Below, in pieces: positions 55,984-64,000 of a stretch of 64,000 nucleotides of DNA. This DNA is from a bacterium (lineage in GTDB: Bacteria; CAIWAD01), in contig JAUXWS010000087.1 of assembly GCA_030685015.1 (NCBI GenBank), forward strand, positions 97,684 to 161,683, given 5' to 3'. The notes below the pieces were generated by a model. That model worked only from the letters and a program-made list of their open reading frames with translations. It searched no databases and was not told the origin of the DNA. Every line of letters starts with the position of its first letter. Within the stretch, counting starts at the first letter, position 1. A program made the position numbers and the translations under genes.

Positions 55984-56160
55984 ATGACGATCAAGACTAA
56001 CACCAAGCAAACCGCCGCCAACAACACCTTCCTGAAGAGCGTAAAGCGGGACTGGAACACGAAGATCTACAAGCACGTCCTGGCCCTGGTCAACACCCAA
56101 GGCGAGGACGCCGCCCGCGCCAACCTGCAAACCTTCACCACCGCCACGCTGAACTACTAA
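55984..56160 (+). CDS. Small early-region protein (58 aa), not in the supplied ORF track
   Basis: ATG follows directly after the conserved GGAGACGGACACT leader. I translated it by hand: MTIKTNTKQTAANNTFLKS...TTATLNY*. Confidence 0.45.
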   Translation: MTIKTNTKQTAANNTFLKSVKRDWNTKIYKHVLALVNTQGEDAARANLQTFTTATLNY

Positions 56161-56173
56161 GAGGGCTGGACTC

Positions 56174-56413
56174 ATGACGACCAACACCAACCTCGCGCCC
56201 ATGAAAACCGGCCTCTACCTGCTTGGGAAGGCCAGTGCCCAGGCAAATACCCTGCAGGCCACACTGCAGCGGGCCGCCGCACAGTTTGCCGCCGACAAGC
56301 GCTTCCGGAACGACCTCGGCGACGCCCTGGCCCAGATCCACAAGCTGGCCGAAGCCATCCAAGACCTCGCGGTCCACGCCGAGATGGCCATCGACGAAAC
56401 TCCAACCGCTTGA
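56174..56413 (+). CDS. Early-region helical protein, unknown function
   Basis: 79-aa ORF starting 13 nt after the previous stop. Confidence 0.45.
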   Translation: MTTNTNLAPMKTGLYLLGKASAQANTLQATLQRAAAQFAADKRFRNDLGDALAQIHKLAEAIQDLAVHAEMAIDETPTA

Positions 56414-56442
56414 CAGCCAGCAGCAATAAGCTGGAGCACTTC

Positions 56443-56709
56443 ATGAACACGACCGCCACCGCCCAGACCACCACGGTCGGCCGCTTCACCTTCAACCACG
56501 AGACCGGCAAAGTCGTCGGCCCCGCCGGCTACCTGCAAAGCGGCCGGTTAGAAGCCATCATGGACAAGATCCACAGCGGGCAGAGCACGGTTTACAACAC
56601 CGGGCGCCAGCTGGGCCATGGCGGGATCAACCTGATCCTTGTCTGTATCCAGACCGACTACGCCGCCTGGGCCGGCGAACAGGAATTCCTGGCCCTTTCC
56701 CGCCGGTAG
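56443..56709 (+). CDS. Early-region protein, unknown function
   Basis: Start chosen at MNTTATAQ. 88 aa. Confidence 0.4.
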   Translation: MNTTATAQTTTVGRFTFNHETGKVVGPAGYLQSGRLEAIMDKIHSGQSTVYNTGRQLGHGGINLILVCIQTDYAAWAGEQEFLALSRR

Positions 56710-56731
56710 CGGCAACCCCAACAAGGAGCCC

Positions 56732-56932
56732 ATGACCATGCGACTGCTCTCAAGCGCCCCTGCCCGCATCTTCGCCACCTTGGCCGAAGCCGACAATGCT
56801 GCCGCCGAGCTGGCCACCGGCGAGACCGAGGGCTGGACCTACACGGTCATCCCGGACCCCAAGGGCTCCGGCCGCTGCACTATCGAGATCCGCGACGAGG
56901 ACGGCCGCTTCGTTTCCAAGCTGACCAGCTGA
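56732..56932 (+). CDS. Early-region protein, unknown function
   Basis: The start MTMRLLSS is preceded by AAGGAGCCC. 66 aa. Confidence 0.4.
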   Translation: MTMRLLSSAPARIFATLAEADNAAAELATGETEGWTYTVIPDPKGSGRCTIEIRDEDGRFVSKLTS

Positions 56933-56945
56933 AAGGACCACCCCC

Positions 56946-57215
56946 ATGAACCGCTTCACCGTCACGCGCACAGGAACCGGTGCCCCATTCGGAACCATCA
57001 CCCTTGACCCTCTCAATCCGGATCCCGACACAAAGGCCAGCTTTACACCGGCCAATGCCCGGTCCAAGCGAGAGTCCTTTAACGTGGAAGCCCAGCTCAT
57101 CGACGCCGCCCGCTGGCTGGCCGAAACTGAAGACAACGTCGTGAGCATTTGCCTCGACTGCGGCTTGACCGTCGGCAAGGAGCCTGAGGCGACACTGGGC
57201 GCGCCTGGCGCCTGA
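56946..57215 (+). CDS. Early-region protein, unknown function
   Basis: 89-aa ORF, the last gene before the terminator. Confidence 0.45.
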   Translation: MNRFTVTRTGTGAPFGTITLDPLNPDPDTKASFTPANARSKRESFNVEAQLIDAARWLAETEDNVVSICLDCGLTVGKEPEATLGAPGA

Positions 57216-57240
57216 AGCTTCCACCAAAAGCCCCATCAAA

Positions 57241-57265
57241 GGCGCTCCGAAAGGGGCGCTTATTG
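57241..57265 (+). terminator. Rho-independent terminator (GAAA tetraloop)
   Basis: GGCGCTCC-GAAA-GGGGCGCT followed by TATTGT. Confidence 0.5.
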
Positions 57266-57391
57266 TATAACTGGGCTATTCATCTCTTTGACTGTTTTAG
57301 ACATCTAAAATAGTCCGTAGATTTATTAAATCTAACTTGCTATCCGAAAGTAACGATGCGTAATTATGCCCAACAAAACGGGAGAGACACC
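57266..57391 (+). promoter_or_regulatory. Promoter/leader cassette copy D (long form)
   Basis: TTTGACTGTTT...TAAAATAGTCCGTAGATTTATTA, then cTTGCTA (57337-57342), 18 nt, TAATTAT (57361-57367), then GCCCAACAAAACGGGAGAGACACC-ATG. Confidence 0.5.
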
Positions 57392-57598
57392 ATGACGCGC
57401 AAGACCAACACCCAGAACGCCACGGGCAACAACCCCCACATCCTGGGCCGTTTTTCCAGCCCGGCCCTGGCGGCCTCCTTCTCGGCCAGGACCCTGAAGG
57501 CCTCGCGCCAATTCATGGGCGACGACGAGAAGATCTGGGTGGTCACCATGGCCGAGGGCGAGCGCCTGCTGGCCGACGGATACGAAGAACTGCGCTAA
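57392..57598 (+). CDS. Early-region protein, unknown function
   Basis: 68 aa. The start was set by the conserved leader. Confidence 0.45.
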   Translation: MTRKTNTQNATGNNPHILGRFSSPALAASFSARTLKASRQFMGDDEKIWVVTMAEGERLLADGYEELR

Positions 57599-57624
57599 GC
57601 GAAACAGCAAAAGGAGACGGACCC

Positions 57625-58119
57625 ATGACAACCGAAGCCACCACCACGCTACAAGACCTGCTGACCCAGCTCGCGCATGCCAAGGCGGTGTTGCGCGAGG
57701 CGCGGCATGACGACGACATGACGCACCGGGACGACGCAGCAAAGGCGGAGGTCCAGGAGCGACTTATCTACGCCAGACTGGCTCTTCGGGACGTCGAGAT
57801 GGCAATCGGTGAGGCCATGGCCCCAGGCGGCAAGGCCGTGGTCATCCTCACCCTTGGCAGGGAAACCTGCCTCGTCTCCATCACCACCATGGCCAACATT
57901 GGTCAGCCGGAGCGCGCCTACAGCGACGACTTCTGTGGAGCCTACCAGAAGTGCGAAGGATGCAAGGTCTGGAAGCAGACGATCCAGTTCTGGGCCAAAG
58001 ACGGTCGCTGGGTGCCCAGCATGGTCGAGACCATCCTCAACCGCCACGGATACCGCCTGATCGGCTGGGCAGACAACATGCCGGCTGCCGCGCGCAGCAA
58101 GCACAACAGCGCCATCTGA
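57625..58119 (+). CDS. Early-region protein with a small Cys cluster, unknown function
   Basis: 164-aa ORF preceded by AAGGAGACGGACCC. It contains CGAYQKCEGC. Confidence 0.5.
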   Translation: MTTEATTTLQDLLTQLAHAKAVLREARHDDDMTHRDDAAKAEVQERLIYARLALRDVEMAIGEAMAPGGKAVVILTLGRETCLVSITTMANIGQPERAYSDDFCGAYQKCEGCKVWKQTIQFWAKDGRWVPSMVETILNRHGYRLIGWADNMPAAARSKHNSAI

Positions 58120-58180
58120 CGGACAGCCCCAACGCCCGGCGCTGGCCCAAGGGCGGCCCGGGCCTGCTAAGGTGGACGCC

Positions 58181-58429
58181 ATGCATCAGCAGATGATTCG
58201 GGAAGAACTCACGCGGCAGGGCCGGAATGGCATCAACCCCCGCTGGATCGAAGGCTGGATGCGCCTGGAGCTGGGCTGCCTCGACTGGCTGGACAAGCCT
58301 CGCTTTCGCCGCGAGGTGACCATCGCCGCCCAATGCGTGGACGCCTCTACCACCCACGAAAACGAGACCCTGGCCATGAGCCTGCTCGGCCCGCCGCGCA
58401 GCCAGCGCAAGGAGAACACACATGCCTGA
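58181..58429 (+). CDS. Early-region protein, unknown function
   Basis: 82-85 aa (ATGs at 58172 and 58181). It is convergent with the radical-SAM operon. Confidence 0.4.
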   Translation: MHQQMIREELTRQGRNGINPRWIEGWMRLELGCLDWLDKPRFRREVTIAAQCVDASTTHENETLAMSLLGPPRSQRKENTHA

Positions 58430-58565
58430 CTTCACCCAGATACCCGCCCACCTCGCCCCGGCTCTCTTCGCGCCCGCGGGCCACCCTGGGCCTGCCCGCT
58501 CATCGCCATACGTCGCCCAAAACTCACTCCGGCGAAGTTCGTTCTTGTCACGGTTGCGGAAATCC

Positions 58566-59501
58566 TCACCATGACTTCCACCTGCAGTGCGCACCCATGT
58601 CAAGGGAATGCAGCACTTCCGCACAGATCACTTCGACACTGGTACGTGGACAAAATCCAGGGGAATGACTCAGACTGATCAACTTAAGATGTTTGCGAGG
58701 TACGACCATCTGCACTTGCTGCATGAAGCCAGCTACATCCATCGTGCAAGCGTCGTGAGGCAATCCACCAACCTCGTCTGCGTCATCAAAATAGTCGCAG
58801 TCGATATCCAAAATGATCGGAGTTTCGCGCGGTATAATGCTGCCTAGCTCCGCGAGATTGCAGTGACCATCGCAGCGAAGTATTGGAATGCCATTACTGC
58901 CATCTCTTGATGGTCGACAACGCAGACGTCGGACGCCTCGGTTTAACAGGTCGTCCTCGGCCCAGCCAACCGTGATGGACGAGGGATTTCTTACGCCGGC
59001 GATGTTCGCAGTTGAATGATCGGGAAACACGAAAGCTATTCCAATGACCGGCAGCAAGTGAAGGGCGAGCGTTAGGTATGATCCAATTTCGATGGCACTG
59101 CTGTCGACGGCCGATCTCACCGTGAACGGTTCCTGCGGCGAGACTGTCTTACCGGTCCAGCGGTCGATTAAACGACCTGTTGCATCCGGAACGACGTTTG
59201 GACTGCCCAAGTCGTCGTGACTATCGGCGTGGATGATGTAAACTGGCGGTCCGTTCAAGAACATCGAGAGAAAATGCGGCAGGATCGCTGCGTGATGGAT
59301 GACTTCTACCGCAATAACGGATCCCGATGTGTGTGTTGCCAGGACCGTCGAAAGCGGCGGCACACATGCAGACGTCTCGCAAATGACCCGCCCCGGGAGA
59401 AACTCGATGCGAATTACATCCAGTATCTGCAATTCCTTGCGAGCTACGGCCTCGATGTCGATACCGAAAATGGGATCAAGAGGGATCTCAATCGACGGCA
59501 T
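58566..59501 (-). CDS. Arginase/ureohydrolase-fold (UPF0489-like) metal-dependent hydrolase candidate
   Basis: 311 aa. IIHADSHDDLGSP and IILDIDCDYFDD motifs are spaced about 137 aa apart, like the DAHxD and SxDxDxxDP metal-ligand motifs of the arginase fold. It is the last gene of the operon. Confidence 0.45.
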   Translation of the reverse strand: MPSIEIPLDPIFGIDIEAVARKELQILDVIRIEFLPGRVICETSACVPPLSTVLATHTSGSVIAVEVIHHAAILPHFLSMFLNGPPVYIIHADSHDDLGSPNVVPDATGRLIDRWTGKTVSPQEPFTVRSAVDSSAIEIGSYLTLALHLLPVIGIAFVFPDHSTANIAGVRNPSSITVGWAEDDLLNRGVRRLRCRPSRDGSNGIPILRCDGHCNLAELGSIIPRETPIILDIDCDYFDDADEVGGLPHDACTMDVAGFMQQVQMVVPRKHLKLISLSHSPGFCPRTSVEVICAEVLHSLDMGAHCRWKSW

Positions 59502-60537
59502 AAGTGCGCGTAGCGTCTTTTGGAATGGCGCGTCGACACCAAGTATTTAGGGCTTCGAAGTCTAGGGGCAATTCCGCCGGCAGTGATCGACTCAGTGTTT
59601 CGAGCCGAGCAACGGCATCGCAATCACTGAACTGTTTCATCATCATCTGACAACTGGCGCAGGTACCCGACGGTGCATCTTCCAATGAATTGCCGAACAC
59701 CGGCCATGCCCGGTGTGGACCGAACACGGCGTTGATGCGCGCCAATGGGTGAGCCGCAAGACGATTGAGGCAACAGGCTAAACTGTCCTTACCAATCTTT
59801 CCGAGTTTCATCCCAGGGGTATCTTGCTTCGCGTTGCAGCACACGACGACTTCACCACTAGGTGTGACGGTGGGGCTTGTGAGTGAGAAAGCACAGCGCG
59901 CACCGCAAGCATCGATTGATTCCTTCAGTCCGCTTGCGGCGGCGCGTCCGATGCTTGAGATCTGAGCGGGAAGCCAGTCGACTGATTCCGCGCCTTGAAA
60001 CAACCCCGCGCACGCGTGCAGCAAGGTATCACAGGTCCAAGTCGACCCGCTCTGTTCGACAACGTTTACCGCGACATCTAGACCTAGTGTAAGACCGCAA
60101 TCCAGAAAGGCAGCAAGCTCCCTCAGAGACACGACTCGAGCATGCCAGTCGTCGTACGACACCATTACCCTTTCCAAGCCAGCATGGGCAAGTCTACGCA
60201 ACCGAACCGGTGGGGCAAGTTGACCTGGTGAAAAGATCGAGGTGACCATTTCAACCATCAAGCCCGCGCTGCGGGCAGTACCGACAATCTCCTCGAGTTC
60301 GGCGTGCAACAGCGGTTCGCCACCCGTCACATGGATCGTGCGGATGGAAAGCTCACTTGCCTGACGCACCACCGCACGCACAAGTCCCAACCCCATTTCT
60401 TCACCCTGAGGACCTGCACCAAGGTAACAGTGCCCACATCCAGTGTGACAGCGCTCAGTAACGCGGAGTGCAAGGACGTATGGCACAGCGATTGGCACTG
60501 CTGATGAAGGGCCATCGTACTCATATGATTCGAACAT
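59488..60537 (-). CDS. Radical SAM enzyme with a C-terminal Cys-rich (SPASM/twitch-like) region
   Basis: CHTGCGHC (CxxxCxxC) near the N-terminus and GGEPLL. C-terminal Cys residues CGARC...VVCCN...CASC. It overlaps the downstream gene by 14 nt. Confidence 0.75.
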   Translation of the reverse strand: MFESYEYDGPSSAVPIAVPYVLALRVTERCHTGCGHCYLGAGPQGEEMGLGLVRAVVRQASELSIRTIHVTGGEPLLHAELEEIVGTARSAGLMVEMVTSIFSPGQLAPPVRLRRLAHAGLERVMVSYDDWHARVVSLRELAAFLDCGLTLGLDVAVNVVEQSGSTWTCDTLLHACAGLFQGAESVDWLPAQISSIGRAAASGLKESIDACGARCAFSLTSPTVTPSGEVVVCCNAKQDTPGMKLGKIGKDSLACCLNRLAAHPLARINAVFGPHRAWPVFGNSLEDAPSGTCASCQMMMKQFSDCDAVARLETLSRSLPAELPLDFEALNTWCRRAIPKDATRTYAVD

Positions 60538-60560
60538 TCGGTCTCCTTCCTGTTCGCAAC

Positions 60561-61442
60561 TCAGCTCACCGCAATGAGTTCCTTCGCCAGCATAGCCGGG
60601 CCGAGCAGGAGACCCAGTCGTTGTCCCCGTTCTTGACAGTCAGTTAGGCGCATTCTCGCCGCATCTTCCAGGGAACTCAATTCTCGGGTGAAATGATGGC
60701 CCTTCAATTTCAGGCGGCCCTCATCGTCCTTCATGCCATGGACCAGAACAAAAGCAGGCTCAGTCGGTACATTCCGCAGGATATCGTTGAGAGCGTCGTC
60801 AACATCATAATTGTAGAACAGAGCTGACACGTATTCCATCGCCCATTGTAGTCTAATTTCGTCCGTCGACACCTCGCGTAATGCCCAAAAGAAGTACTTA
60901 ACGCGTTTCCAGTAGTCTATGTAGGGCCACGCGCATTTTGCTCGCGGTCGCATATCATACCTATCCGGCGAAGCATCGTACAATCGCCCATCGTCGAGCA
61001 GGTTGAAGCGGAGCGCAGCCAACCAACGCCTCTCGGCGCCTTCACCAAGGCCTAGCCGAGGCCGTACGCGGTCACAGCGCATCTGAAAGTGTGAAAAGAA
61101 GTAAAGAGCCTGCTTCTCATTCCAAAATCCCGAGTCTTTGTCGATTAGATCATCAACAAAGCGGCCCATGAGACAGGCGAGCAACTGATGACGAACGATG
61201 TCGGGCCGTTCAGCAGTCGCTTCACGGCCAAGTACGGCTTCCAGAGTGGGGAGCACGAAGCGGGCGGTGTACATGTAGTGCAGGTAAACAACGATGTGTT
61301 CTAGTTCAGATAGGGATGCATCCCGAAGCTCGTCCAGAGTCTCGGCGATCTCGAGTTCAATGTATGGAGCGATAGAAGATAGCCATCGATGAAGCTCGAC
61401 AGGACCCTCGAATTCAAAGTTGAAATGACTAGTCGCCATCAT
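60561..61442 (-). CDS. All-helical protein with two Asp-rich motifs (class I isoprenoid-synthase-like candidate)
   Basis: 293 aa. FVDDLIDKD at about aa 95 and YDVDDALND at about aa 222. The functional assignment is tentative. Confidence 0.35.
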   Translation of the reverse strand: MMATSHFNFEFEGPVELHRWLSSIAPYIELEIAETLDELRDASLSELEHIVVYLHYMYTARFVLPTLEAVLGREATAERPDIVRHQLLACLMGRFVDDLIDKDSGFWNEKQALYFFSHFQMRCDRVRPRLGLGEGAERRWLAALRFNLLDDGRLYDASPDRYDMRPRAKCAWPYIDYWKRVKYFFWALREVSTDEIRLQWAMEYVSALFYNYDVDDALNDILRNVPTEPAFVLVHGMKDDEGRLKLKGHHFTRELSSLEDAARMRLTDCQERGQRLGLLLGPAMLAKELIAVS

Positions 61443-61453
61443 GCTTGCGCCCT

Positions 61454-62683
61454 TCAGGCTTCGAGCGACGGAGTAGACTGCGGCGCTGGGACTTCAGCCA
61501 AGAGCTTTTGCACTCGCGCTTTGAGTTCCGCGTCTTCCGTTGTGTCAAGCGCACGGGCAGCGTATCGAAAGGCGGCGTCGAAATCCCGAAGGACTATGGC
61601 GGCACCTGCAGCAAGGTAGCCCGCCAAGGGTGAGCGCAGAACAGGAGGAGCTGTCCTGTAGGCTAAAAGGGCCTCTGCGTGGCCGTGCTTTGCGATCAAG
61701 CCGAACATTCGCTCAGGCAGATCGATCGTTGAAGCAATGCATCCATTACGCGCCAGGCATCCACCCCGACATCGGCCCGAATGCGCATGAGTGCAATCGG
61801 TGCACCATTTGAACAGAGTTGGCATCCACCTGTTTCGGTCAACGGATCTCTGGAAGTGCCGCTTCAAATCCTCCGGTGAAGAAAAATCTTCGAGAAGGAC
61901 CCTGTCACAACCGGACAGCGCAAAGCAACGCATTACTTCTAAGTCTGGACTGATATCTAATGGGACATCACACGTACCTAGGCGGCTGGCAGTCTCAGGG
62001 AGATACTTAGCCAGCCATCCAAGATCTTCGTCGCTGAAGAAGCAAACAGGTATCGGGCAATCTAAGTGAGCCCGCAGGCCTAGCTGGACTGCCTTTCGCA
62101 GCATTAGCATGCATCGGGTTGCAAGGGGCTCGAAGTCGACCGCTCCTACCACGCGGCAAGCTGCATCGAGCTCGGGATGGGCGACAGTCCACCGAAAGGT
62201 TTGTCGTCCAAGGTTGTAGGCCAAATTGGGCATGAATTCGGGGGAGAAGCCAAGTTCCCACACGTTAAATCCTAGGGTGGTGCGGAATCCCCGGCGAATG
62301 GCATTAACAGCGTTGCAAATGACGCTATCGAAGCGGCCCGGGGATGCGTAGGTCATTGGCTCGTTGACATTAATGAGCAAGCTGACATCTGCAGCATCAA
62401 GATTATTGAGCAGGGCCGTATCGAAATAACCGCCAGTAAATACAGTCAACGACACTTTGGGGCAGATCTTGCGGAACACTCTTACTATCGCCTGGAGTTC
62501 TGGATGCAAAAATGGCTCGCCACCCAGTAGTGAGAGCGCATCAAGGCCGTTCAGCGCCACCCAGCGGGCGACACGCTCGGCGTTGGCGATGCTAATCTGA
62601 CTACTGCCACTCCGCGTGCTTTCGCCAACCTCAAAGCAATACGGGCAACGGTTAGAACACTTTCTCGTGATGATGAGGTTCAT
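61454..62683 (-). CDS. Radical SAM enzyme with a C-terminal Cys-rich region and a helical tail
   Basis: CSNRCPYC at aa 9-16 and GGEPFL. Late Cys cluster CTDCTHAHSGRCRGGC. 409 aa. Confidence 0.75.
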   Translation of the reverse strand: MNLIITRKCSNRCPYCFEVGESTRSGSSQISIANAERVARWVALNGLDALSLLGGEPFLHPELQAIVRVFRKICPKVSLTVFTGGYFDTALLNNLDAADVSLLINVNEPMTYASPGRFDSVICNAVNAIRRGFRTTLGFNVWELGFSPEFMPNLAYNLGRQTFRWTVAHPELDAACRVVGAVDFEPLATRCMLMLRKAVQLGLRAHLDCPIPVCFFSDEDLGWLAKYLPETASRLGTCDVPLDISPDLEVMRCFALSGCDRVLLEDFSSPEDLKRHFQRSVDRNRWMPTLFKWCTDCTHAHSGRCRGGCLARNGCIASTIDLPERMFGLIAKHGHAEALLAYRTAPPVLRSPLAGYLAAGAAIVLRDFDAAFRYAARALDTTEDAELKARVQKLLAEVPAPQSTPSLEA

Positions 62684-63870
62684 ATACCTCCCCCGACGGC
62701 GAGAAACTTCCGCCAGGAATCAAGAACCTCCATGTGATTGATGAAATGATCGTGCAGTCTCAGATTGGCTTTACAGACGTTTGCGGAGAAGGCGGAGTCC
62801 TGAAGATCGAAGGCCGGGCATCCGTGCTCACAGAGAAAACGGGCTCTACAATTTTGGCACACCGTTTCGTATTTTGCATTTTTCGCGTGAAAGGCCACCA
62901 AGGCATCAAGTTCGAATGGTGCCGTCAGCCGTGCAACATTTCCCATGCTGTAGCGGGCAAACTTCTCACCTGTACCTGCACAACCGCAAGGATAGATTTC
63001 TCCAGCAAGGTCGATCGCGACCATGGTCAGTCCGGCATGACAAAAGGGCGTATCGCATGTCAACTGGCCAGGTTCTTTTGAAAAGCAGCGCTTAAGGAAG
63101 CGATCAATTTTTTGCGCCAACCGCTTCTCGACAATCGTAAAATCTGATTCCTGGGTTGCCGTGCACACGTCACGAAATGCTGTGAAAATCGCTTCGGCAG
63201 GCAGCGGGCTCATAGACGAACCTTTACCGACGGAAGCACCAACGTTGGCCAAGAATGAAGTTACTCCAATTTCGCGCAGAAACTCCATGACTTCCGCCAT
63301 ACGGTCGTAATTATGCAAACCTATAACGCAAATTGGACCGCTAAATAGGCCAGCCGCTCGCGCCTTCTCGATGCCCCTCATGGTTGCGGCATGATCTCCG
63401 CGCATCTGGTTGTGTATGTGGGCCGGACCGTCCAAAGATGTGCCTAGGCTGACACCGAATTCGCGGAAAATGGAAAGATGCTCATCCGATATCAGCGTTA
63501 GATTACTCTGCAGTCCGAAAGACACTTTCCCACCGCGAGCAGTTGCTCGTGCAGTAGTGTATTCGCAAGCTTCGGCATAGAAACTGGGATCCAGCAGCAG
63601 TGGCTCGCCTCCGTGGAAAATCACGGAAATCGCCGCAGAACTCGACGAAGAAAAGATGGTATCAACGCCCTGGCGCAGGACCGAAATATCCATTAATTGT
63701 TCAGCACCAGGCTTTGATTGGACGGCTTTTGCATAGCAATAACGGCAGGAGAGATTGCAGGCTGATGTCACCTGAAAATGGAGTTCGTTTACGCGCCGCA
63801 GCGCTCGGGCTAGTGACCGCTGACAGAAATCGTCTGAGGATGTGAAATTCTTTGGGCGTAGTCCGGCCAT
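62680..63870 (-). CDS. Radical SAM/SPASM enzyme, anaerobic sulfatase-maturase-like
   Basis: CNLSCRYC and HGGEPLL. SPASM-type CHAGLTMVAIDLAGEIYPCGC and CQNCRARFLCEHGCPA. The start was chosen at MAGLRPK (a GTG at 63894 is possible). There is a 4-nt overlap with the next gene. Confidence 0.8.
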   Translation of the reverse strand: MAGLRPKNFTSSDDFCQRSLARALRRVNELHFQVTSACNLSCRYCYAKAVQSKPGAEQLMDISVLRQGVDTIFSSSSSAAISVIFHGGEPLLLDPSFYAEACEYTTARATARGGKVSFGLQSNLTLISDEHLSIFREFGVSLGTSLDGPAHIHNQMRGDHAATMRGIEKARAAGLFSGPICVIGLHNYDRMAEVMEFLREIGVTSFLANVGASVGKGSSMSPLPAEAIFTAFRDVCTATQESDFTIVEKRLAQKIDRFLKRCFSKEPGQLTCDTPFCHAGLTMVAIDLAGEIYPCGCAGTGEKFARYSMGNVARLTAPFELDALVAFHAKNAKYETVCQNCRARFLCEHGCPAFDLQDSAFSANVCKANLRLHDHFINHMEVLDSWRKFLAVGGGI

Positions 63871-64000
63871 AATAGAACCCCGCTGCTGCGGCACGACGGG
63901 GCCGCCCAGCTACGTAACAACTATAATCTCTAACCTCAGAAAGGGTTTGTGTTCCCGCTTGGACCGCTTGCCATAAAGCGTGTAAAAACACTTTCCGGCG

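Noticed and set aside
58037-58668. ORFs 58037-58624 (-) and 58333-58668 (+) between the early region and the radical-SAM operon
   Set aside because: They overlap better-supported genes (57625-58119, 58181-58429, 58566-59501) and have Arg/Pro-rich, low-complexity translations.
63701-63991. 96-aa ORF upstream of and overlapping the first radical-SAM gene as a RiPP precursor
   Set aside because: It runs out of frame ~170-195 nt into the radical-SAM coding sequence (to 63701) and has no leader/core-like features or RBS. It is probably a shadow ORF.
53305-64000. attR copy of the tRNA-Asn 3' end marking the right prophage boundary
   Set aside because: A visual scan found no match to GGTTCAAGTCCCTCCTCAGGAG or to the 18642-18790 segment. 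The boundary cannot be called inside this window. A computational repeat search is still needed.

Overview
The window comes from a very GC-rich bacterial genome and has four parts. (1) 1-18.6 kb is host DNA. It holds a surface-polysaccharide cluster (heparinase II/III-like protein, GT1 glycosyltransferase, Wzy/WaaL-like polymerase, WecA/MraY-type initiating transferase). It also holds an FAD oxidoreductase, a uracil-DNA-glycosylase-family gene, a TetR regulator, trpS, an iron-type alcohol dehydrogenase, an ABC-2 exporter operon, an EEP-family secreted nuclease/phosphatase, an asparaginase-family gene and tRNA-Asn(GUU). (2) About 18.7-52.3 kb is a complete minus-strand late region of a contractile-tailed (Mu/P2-like tail, SPP1/Mu-like head) prophage. 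Its order is lysis genes, two paralogous tail fibres, baseplate, tape measure, G/GT chaperones with a visible -1 frameshift site, tube, sheath, connectors, capsid, protease/scaffold, MuF-like protein, portal and large terminase. (3) 52.4-58.4 kb holds a XerC/D-like tyrosine recombinase followed by about 14 small plus-strand genes. These sit in units that each carry a near-identical promoter/leader cassette and a GAAA-tetraloop terminator. (4) 58.6-63.9 kb is a visibly AT-richer minus-strand five-gene operon with three radical-SAM/SPASM-type enzymes, an arginase-fold protein and a DDxxD helical protein; no substrate gene is visible. This operon is my best candidate for an undescribed system. 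Other unusual items: a Dam-like methyltransferase fused in frame to the prohead protease/scaffold; a 1505-aa MuF-family protein carrying kinase-like and PARP-like (H-Y-E) ADP-ribosyltransferase-like domains, followed by two coupled small genes; a carbohydrate-binding jelly-roll domain whose first strand is encoded at the 3' end of the preceding fibre gene at two successive junctions; and a 13-copy 11-bp tandem repeat that reads as overlapping sigma-54-like cores. All functional calls come from motif and architecture recognition by eye. No database searches were run, and GC statements are visual estimates.
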